Under the pieces are notes generated by a model that made no database searches, was not told the origin of the DNA, and saw only the letters and a list, made by a program, of their open reading frames with translations. Position numbers and translations under genes: made by a program. From an uncultured bacterium (GTDB lineage Bacteria > Auribacterota > JACPWU01), in NCBI GenBank assembly GCA_964640155.1, contig CAZXEQ010000002.1:270001-302000 (forward strand): DNA of 32,000 nt, read 5' to 3'. Below are positions 27,557-32,000 of the stretch, in pieces (position 1 is the first letter of the stretch; the number at the start of each line of letters is the position of its first letter).

Positions 27557-27862
27557 TTAAAGCGCTTGAACCTCCTGATTATGCTCTATATATTCAATCT
27601 GCTTATCTTTCTGCAAGGCCCCCATGACCTTTTCTACATTTTCCCCCAACACACGACATAAAAAAAGATTTTGAATGCCTGGATATTCTCTTACCAATTC
27701 CAATTTTTTTTCCTTCATCAACTGATCAATGTTCGATCTTGAAACCTCTAGTTTAAATTTAATTAAAATTTCTTTCGCCGGATCTCTTTGGGCATATACA
27801 AAAACCGACAGCATTAAACTCATTCCAAAAATAAACCCTATTTCTAAAAATCTTTTTTTCAT
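27557..27862 (-). CDS. Small secreted stand-alone subtilisin-propeptide-like (peptidase inhibitor I9-like) protein
   Basis: The 101-aa ORF has a signal peptide (MKKRFLEIGFIFGMSLMLSVFVYA/QR). Its mature part aligns by eye with both propeptides of the downstream subtilase. EILIKFK..IEYIEHNQEV matches EILVRYQ..VRYVEPNFIV and QILVKFK..VEYAEPNYIV. A GAGG RBS is present and the stop lies 28 nt upstream of the subtilase ATG. Confidence 0.75.
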   Translation of the reverse strand: MKKRFLEIGFIFGMSLMLSVFVYAQRDPAKEILIKFKLEVSRSNIDQLMKEKKLELVREYPGIQNLFLCRVLGENVEKVMGALQKDKQIEYIEHNQEVQAL

Positions 27863-27875
27863 GAAACCTCATGTC

Positions 27876-27913
27876 AAAAAAAATGCCTATTCTTCAATTT
27901 CCGAAGAATAGGC
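27876..27913 (-). terminator. Strong intrinsic terminator in the operon leader, 13 nt upstream of the first start codon
   Basis: On the - strand the sequence reads GCCTATTCTTC-GGAAATT-GAAGAATAGGC. This is a perfect 11-bp stem with a 7-nt loop, followed by A and then eight T residues. Confidence 0.8.
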
Positions 27914-27948
27914 GCATACCAAAACTCTAAAGCTTTTTGCTTTATCCG

Positions 27949-28026
27949 GCAGTCTGGCGACCCCAAAAATTCGGGGTCCATAACTTTGCGCCCTATCCTT
28001 ACGGATAGTTTACCTTTTACAGATGC
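27949..28026 (-). ncRNA. Candidate riboswitch aptamer, three-way junction with c-di-GMP-I (GEMM-I)-like sequence and architecture
   Basis: On the - strand P1 is GCATCTG paired with CAGA(C)TGC. The J1/2 junction ends in GGTAAA. P2 is CTATCC-GTAA-GGATAG with a GNRA loop. J2/3 is GGCGCAAAG, followed by UAUGG. P3 is GGACCCC-loop-GGGGTC(G)C, followed by CUGCCGGA. The V. cholerae Vc2 aptamer as I recall it has GGGCAAA-CCAUUC-GAAA-GAGUGG-GACGCAAAGCC. No covariance model was run. Confidence 0.5.
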
Positions 28027-28088
28027 TTATATATTCAATTGTCAAAAAGAGGTCATTGCATCAATAAACGTTACTTTGATCAGCTATT

Positions 28089-28118
28089 ATCATAATCCAG
28101 TTTCAAGTAAGAGGTCAA
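28089..28118 (-). promoter_or_regulatory. Candidate promoter for the leader and giant-gene operon
   Basis: On the - strand TTGACC (28118-28113) is followed by an 18-nt spacer and TATGAT (28094-28089). This would give a leader of about 220 nt. The context is AT-rich, so specificity is low. Confidence 0.3.
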
Positions 28119-28341
28119 GCAAAATATTAGTTTTAATTATATTTGTAATATATTTTAATGCAATAAGTTAAAGAATAAACACTAATTTGACAAAAGGCTA
28201 TTCGTATGGTATATCCTTTTAAGAGGTTTTTTTAAAAAGAGATTGTATTCAGGAAGTAATACATTATTTCTATTACTATTTGATTACGAGTATATTATAG
28301 AATTAAATACTCTTTATGAATTGTTTTTGATTCACCATTTG

Positions 28342-28406
28342 AAGCGTAGGGTGTCTTGACATTCAAGTGTCTCCCCCACACACGCGAGATGCTCTACGCT
28401 TTTTTA
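28342..28406 (+). terminator. Terminator-like branched stem followed by a T-run, upstream of the OsmC-family gene. Possibly an sRNA 3' end or a leader attenuator
   Basis: AAGCGTAGGGT (28342-28352) pairs with GCTCTACGCTT (28391-28401), including two G-U pairs. The stem encloses 38 nt containing the hairpin CTTGA-cat-TCAAG. The paired T at 28400-28401 run on into TTTT (28402-28405), giving six consecutive T. Confidence 0.35.
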
Positions 28407-28548
28407 TTACAAACAATCCACTTATATAATATTTATTACATAAAAAACATATTTATCATCCACTTTATTGAATATCTGGTGGGGTCTTTCGCAGAAGATT
28501 CTAAAAAGAATTCATGACAAAGAAATTCCTCTTTCCTATAATATCCGC

Positions 28549-28953
28549 ATGGTAGAAATTAAAATTCTATATGAAGGACAACTTCATTGTAACGCGACAC
28601 ATGGTCCAAGCCATTCTCAAATTTCTACCGATGCCCCGGTCGATAATCAAGGTAGAGGAGAAAGTTTCTCTCCAACGGATCTTCTAGCCACAGCTTTGGG
28701 AACTTGCATGATGACCATCATGGCTATTTATGGAGAAAAACATGGGCTCATTTTAAAAGGGACCACCGTTCGTATTGAAAAACATATGAAGGAAAATCCT
28801 AGAAGGGTAGGGCAATTAGTTATCGAAATGAATATTCCTCTTAACCCTGATGAAAGCAGGAAAAAAGCATTAGAAGCTGCAGCCTTAAGTTGCCCCGTTC
28901 ACAAAAGCCTTCATCCTGATGTTGAAGTTGTTACAAAATTTAATTATCTCTAA
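28549..28953 (+). CDS. OsmC/Ohr-family (peroxiredoxin-like) protein
   Basis: OsmC-type motifs are present (..F.PTDLLATALGTCMMTIM.. and ..AAALSCPVHKSL..). I prefer the ATG at 28549 (MVEIKILYEG..) to the upstream TTG at 28468 used by the ORF track. Confidence 0.82.
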   Translation: MVEIKILYEGQLHCNATHGPSHSQISTDAPVDNQGRGESFSPTDLLATALGTCMMTIMAIYGEKHGLILKGTTVRIEKHMKENPRRVGQLVIEMNIPLNPDESRKKALEAAALSCPVHKSLHPDVEVVTKFNYL

Positions 28954-28961
28954 TAATTTCT

Positions 28962-29756
28962 TCACTTCGTTTTAACCGCACCTAAAGCCAGAAACAAAGG
29001 AATTTCATCTCGAGCCCTATCTTCCGCTTTTGCCTTGGGCCCCGGCTCACTTTTCTTATGCGAAACCCATTCTTCGAAATGAGTCAAAACCCAACCCGAT
29101 TCACGCAAAAGCTGAACATAAAAGGAGAGGGGACGATGAAAAGACCAAGTAATAAGTTCCGGATCGTCTCCTGGATGCATTTGAATGGGAATTTTAAGAG
29201 GGGTTAAATATTGATCCACCCTGCGATATTGAATTTTTTCTTTTCCATCAAAACCCCAATGAGATTGACGAGGGATTCTGAAACAAGGATGGTTCAACAC
29301 AAAAAATACTCTCCCCATTTTTTTGGTCACACGTGTGATTTCTTGAAAAACTTTTTCTAAAGGATCCATATTCTGAATCGCAAGAACAGAAATCACAACA
29401 TCAAAACTTTCATCTGCAAATCCCGCTAAAGCGTGGGCAGGTCTAATTTCATATCGAATAGAAGGTTTGGATCTTTCACGTGCAGCACGAATCAATTTCT
29501 CAGAGATATCAACTCCGGTTGGAATCGCTTCTAGTTTCTCTAAGATGCGGCAAAAAACCCCTTGTCCACAGGCTAAATCCAGAACATGATCATTTTTTTG
29601 AATATTTAAAATTCTGAGAAGATTGGGGAAAATAACTTCTCGATGATATTCAGAGCCAACATCTCCAACCAATTGGTCATACCACTGGGCAACTTTATCC
29701 CAGCTCGTCTTTTTTGATATTTGTGATGCATCAAATTGCTTCGTCATAGATTTCAT
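28962..29756 (-). CDS. Class I SAM-dependent methyltransferase
   Basis: Motif I VLDLACGQG is followed by the acidic-loop GVDIS and motif-II-like FDVVISVLAIQN. I prefer the ATG start (MKSMTKQ..) at 29756 to the TTG at 29777. Confidence 0.8.
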   Translation of the reverse strand: MKSMTKQFDASQISKKTSWDKVAQWYDQLVGDVGSEYHREVIFPNLLRILNIQKNDHVLDLACGQGVFCRILEKLEAIPTGVDISEKLIRAARERSKPSIRYEIRPAHALAGFADESFDVVISVLAIQNMDPLEKVFQEITRVTKKMGRVFFVLNHPCFRIPRQSHWGFDGKEKIQYRRVDQYLTPLKIPIQMHPGDDPELITWSFHRPLSFYVQLLRESGWVLTHFEEWVSHKKSEPGPKAKAEDRARDEIPLFLALGAVKTK

Positions 29757-29793
29757 TGTACAATAAAATAAATTCAAACATTAAAAATGATTT

Positions 29794-30621
29794 ATGAACA
29801 AACATTTTTCTCAAAAAAGACAAAAACAATTTGCTCCATCTAAACATGTAGATTCTGGCCATGGTCTTGCTCGAGTCCTTTCTAAACTAGGCATTATGTC
29901 CAGAAAAGATGCCTTTGACCTTGTTAAATCAGGAGCTGTACAGGTCAATGGGGAAATCATTCGAAATCCAGAATACCGTACTTTTATCGAAGAAGATAAA
30001 ATAGAGATTAATGGGAAACCTGTCTTTCAAAAGAAAAAAATTTATCTGGCATTGAATAAACCTCCCGATGTTATCACCACTTTTAGAGATCCTCAGGGTA
30101 GACCCACCGTATATAGTTGTCTTCCTGCCCTTGATTCATGGGTGTTTCCAGTCGGGCGCTTGGATGCAGGCACATTGGGACTACTTCTTTTTACCAATGA
30201 TACCGCCTGGGCCGACCAAATTGCAGGAGAGCATTCAAAAATTCCAAAAGTTTATGAAGTCAAGATTCGCCGTAATTTAAGCGAAGAAAAACTGGAGCAA
30301 TTGCGCAAAGGCATCAGGCTTGAAAATGGAGAAATGACACAATCATGTCAGTGTAAGACACTCAAAATGAATGAGGGAACCCAATGGCTAGAAATAACAT
30401 TATGGGAAGGGAAAAATCGTCAGATTCGACGCATGATCAAAGCGATTGGGTCTGATGTTGTAAAATTACGCCGCATTGCAATTGGGAGTCTTCCTTTAGG
30501 AGATCTTAAATGTGGAGAGACTCGATTTCTTTCATATCAAGAAGCCCGTTTCTTGCTTAAGAAGAAAAGTCCTCTCAAAAATACTCTTGAACATACAGAA
30601 ACTTCTCAAGAAACGTTTTGA
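29794..30621 (+). CDS. Pseudouridine synthase, RsuA/RluB/RluE/RluF family, with an N-terminal S4 domain
   Basis: An S4-like region (LARVLSKLGIMSRKDAFDLVKSGAVQVNG) is present. The catalytic motif PVGRLDAGTLGLLLFTND and a conserved GKNRQIRRM block follow. Confidence 0.85.
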   Translation: MNKHFSQKRQKQFAPSKHVDSGHGLARVLSKLGIMSRKDAFDLVKSGAVQVNGEIIRNPEYRTFIEEDKIEINGKPVFQKKKIYLALNKPPDVITTFRDPQGRPTVYSCLPALDSWVFPVGRLDAGTLGLLLFTNDTAWADQIAGEHSKIPKVYEVKIRRNLSEEKLEQLRKGIRLENGEMTQSCQCKTLKMNEGTQWLEITLWEGKNRQIRRMIKAIGSDVVKLRRIAIGSLPLGDLKCGETRFLSYQEARFLLKKKSPLKNTLEHTETSQETF

Positions 30622-30655
30622 CCTCATAGATCTTCTCTGTTAGTTTGATTTCATC

Positions 30656-31408
30656 ATGCACATATTTTTAGATCCACAAATCTGGTTGGCTCTGCTCACA
30701 CTAACCTCTTTAGAGATTGTGTTGGGGATTGACAACATTATTTTCATATCTATTCTTGCCGGTCGACTTCCCAAAGAAGAACAAGCCAAAGCACGATTGA
30801 TCGGTCTTATTCTTGCCATGCTCATGCGTATTGCTCTTCTTTTTTCGATTACAACTGTCATGAAATTAACTCATCCCATTTTTAGTCTTTTTGGACACGC
30901 TTTTTCTGGTCGAGATTTAATTCTTTTAATGGGAGGCCTTTTCCTCTTGGCCAAAAGCACTCATGAAATTCATCAGAAACTCGAAGGTGAAGAAGAATCC
31001 CATCAATCTAAAGGACGAAAAAGTTCAATGACAGGAATCATCACCCAAATCACTCTTTTGGATATTGTATTTTCTCTGGATTCTGTCATCACTGCTGTCG
31101 GAATGTCTAATCAAATTATAATCATGGTTTTAGCTGTTATTATCGCTGTTGTTTTTATGATGGTGTTTTCTGGATCGATCAGTCGTTTTGTCCATGATCA
31201 TCCTACAATTAAAATGTTGGCTTTAAGTTTCTTGCTTTTAATTGGAGTGACTTTAATTGCTGATGGCTTTCATCAACATATCCCCAAAGGTTATATTTAT
31301 TTTTCAATGGCATTTTCAGTATTCGTAGAAATGTTAAATTTAAAAATTCGTACTCGAAAAACGGCTCCTATTGAACTTCGTGAACCTGTGCTTCAAAAAG
31401 AAAAGTAA
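30656..31408 (+). CDS. TerC-family integral membrane protein
   Basis: The 250-aa polytopic protein has the TerC signature repeated (LEIVLGIDNIIFISIL and LDIVFSLDSVITAVGM). Confidence 0.85.
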   Translation: MHIFLDPQIWLALLTLTSLEIVLGIDNIIFISILAGRLPKEEQAKARLIGLILAMLMRIALLFSITTVMKLTHPIFSLFGHAFSGRDLILLMGGLFLLAKSTHEIHQKLEGEEESHQSKGRKSSMTGIITQITLLDIVFSLDSVITAVGMSNQIIIMVLAVIIAVVFMMVFSGSISRFVHDHPTIKMLALSFLLLIGVTLIADGFHQHIPKGYIYFSMAFSVFVEMLNLKIRTRKTAPIELREPVLQKEK

Positions 31409-31444
31409 ATAAAAGGGCTATCATTACACATTGTTCGGAGTAGG

Positions 31445-31580
31445 TCGTTCATCAAAATATTCGAACACGTTGATTTGGCCCCGCGAGCCAAATCAACTCA
31501 AAGGAACTCTCGTTCCCCCAATGTTCATTGGGGGACCCTGCGAACTCGAGTTCCAATGGTTCTTACATTTTGATGAACGA
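31445..31580. repeat. 136-nt nested palindromic (MITE/REP-like) structured element
   Basis: Terminal inverted repeats TCGTTCATCAAAAT (31445-31458) and ATTTTGATGAACGA (31567-31580) flank the element. Inner hairpin 1 is GTTGATTTGGC-cccgcga-GCCAAATCAAC (31469-31497). Inner hairpin 2 is CCCCCAATG-tt-CATTGGGGG (31515-31534), enclosed by GGAACTC (31503-31509) and GAGTTCC (31548-31554). A diverged partial copy lies at 12551-12607. Confidence 0.5.
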
Positions 31581-31623
31581 AAAATCGCAATTATTAGTGA
31601 AAATAATGTAAGGAATTAAATTT

Positions 31624-32000
31624 ATGGGTTTTCGTTGTGGGATTGTAGGACTTCCAAATGTGGGTAAATCTACACTTTTTAATGCATTGGCTAAAGCAAA
31701 AGCACCTGCTTCAAATTATCCATTTTGCACCATTGATCCCAATGTCGGTATCGTCTCTGTTCCGGATCCTCGCCTCGATGCCCTGGCCAAGCTTTATCAG
31801 CCGAAACAAGTCACACCTACCACCATTGAATTTTATGACATTGCAGGATTGGTAAAAGGGGCGGCACAAGGAGAGGGGCTTGGGAATCAATTTTTATCTC
31901 ATATCGGGGAAGTAGAGGCCATTCTTCATGTGGTTCGCTGTTTTCAAGATGAGAATATTGTTCACGTATCAGGACAAGTCGATCCTTTACGAGACATTGA
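31624..32000 (+). CDS. ychF: Ribosome-binding ATPase YchF, N-terminal fragment running out of the window
   Basis: This ORF is not in the ORF track because it is open at the window end. Hand translation gives [54 protein letters not shown]...[23 protein letters not shown], the canonical YchF/Ola1 N-terminus. AGGA lies upstream. Confidence 0.92.
   Translation, partial: MGFRCGIVGLPNVGKSTLFNALAKAKAPASNYPFCTIDPNVGIVSVPDPRLDALAKLYQPKQVTPTTIEFYDIAGLVKGAAQGEGLGNQFLSHIGEVEAILHVVRCFQDENIVHVSGQVDPLRDI

Noticed and set aside
27949-28026. Alternative riboswitch classes for the leader. ZTP/pfl was considered because of GGGTCGCCAGACTGCCG versus GGGUCGUGACUGGCG. Guanidine-I/ykkC was considered because of GCCGGATAAAGC versus GGGAUAAAAGCCC
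   Set aside because: The second sub-domain and pseudoknot of ZTP (CCGCCUGGGC) is absent. The ykkC hallmarks CUAGGGUUCCG and GGUCCGAGAG are also absent. The GNRA hairpin plus CGCAAAG junction architecture fits GEMM-I better.
27986-28171. 61-aa + strand ORF in the AT-rich control region
   Set aside because: It has a non-ATG start, low-complexity AT-driven composition and no RBS. It overlaps the antisense of the riboswitch-like leader and its promoter.
27914-28467. The AT-rich ~600-bp intergenic region, and the 7396-7607 spacer next to mnmG, as possible oriC
   Set aside because: I found no cluster of TTATCCACA-like DnaA boxes. The only matches were isolated weak ones such as TTATCCAAG (reverse complement of 7552-7560) and ATCCAC fragments. 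The region is better explained by divergent promoters and leaders.
30622-30655. Expected yybP-ykoY (Mn2+) riboswitch upstream of the TerC-family gene
   Set aside because: Only 34 nt separate the pseudouridine synthase stop from the TerC-family gene's ATG. That is too short for the aptamer, and no GGGGAGUAG-type motif is present.
31431-31619. 62-aa + strand ORF between the TerC-family gene and ychF; also 31658-31855, which is out of frame inside ychF
   Set aside because: The first starts at a non-ATG codon and coincides exactly with the nested palindromic element, so the sequence is better explained as structured DNA or RNA. The second is an alternative frame of the clearly recognisable ychF CDS.

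Overview
The window looks bacterial and is AT-rich by eye, with standard-code ORFs and no rRNA genes or CRISPR array. It has two parts.

**Part 1 (1-13572 and 28468-32000): conserved housekeeping genes, mostly on the + strand, with an origin-proximal type of gene order.**
- The order is PilB/GspE ATPase 3' end, PilC/GspF, rpmH, rnpA, yidD, yidC, a secreted VWA protein, mnmE, mnmG, a perfect parS palindrome, parA, parB, an M48 peptidase and rsmI.
- After the accessory block come an OsmC-family protein, a SAM methyltransferase (- strand), an RsuA/RluB-type pseudouridine synthase, a TerC-family membrane protein and the ychF 5' end.

**Part 2 (13615-28118, - strand): a roughly 14.5 kb accessory operon, the most interesting feature.**
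- A long structured leader ends in a strong intrinsic terminator only 13 nt before the first start codon.
- The leader's three-way-junction aptamer resembles a c-di-GMP-I (GEMM-I) riboswitch in sequence and architecture.
- Gene 1 encodes a 101-aa secreted stand-alone subtilisin-propeptide (I9-like) protein.
- Gene 2 encodes a 2599-aa secreted protein with two tandem I9-S8 subtilase modules.
- Gene 3 encodes a 2006-aa probable lipoprotein with a beta-helix, an SdiA-regulated-like propeller and a purple-acid-phosphatase head.
- Both giants end in the same collinear cassette of about 850-950 aa: thrombospondin-type-3 Ca repeats, 2 jelly-roll repeats, an Ig-like domain and 2 more jelly-roll repeats. 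The cassette is built from a repeat unit I cannot assign to a characterised family.

**Other non-coding signals.**
- A 136-nt nested palindromic element (31445-31580) has a diverged partial copy, fused to a tRNA-like T-arm and acceptor, at 12551-12632.
- A GC-rich hairpin island lies between mnmE and mnmG.

All family assignments come from motif recognition by eye; no searches were run.
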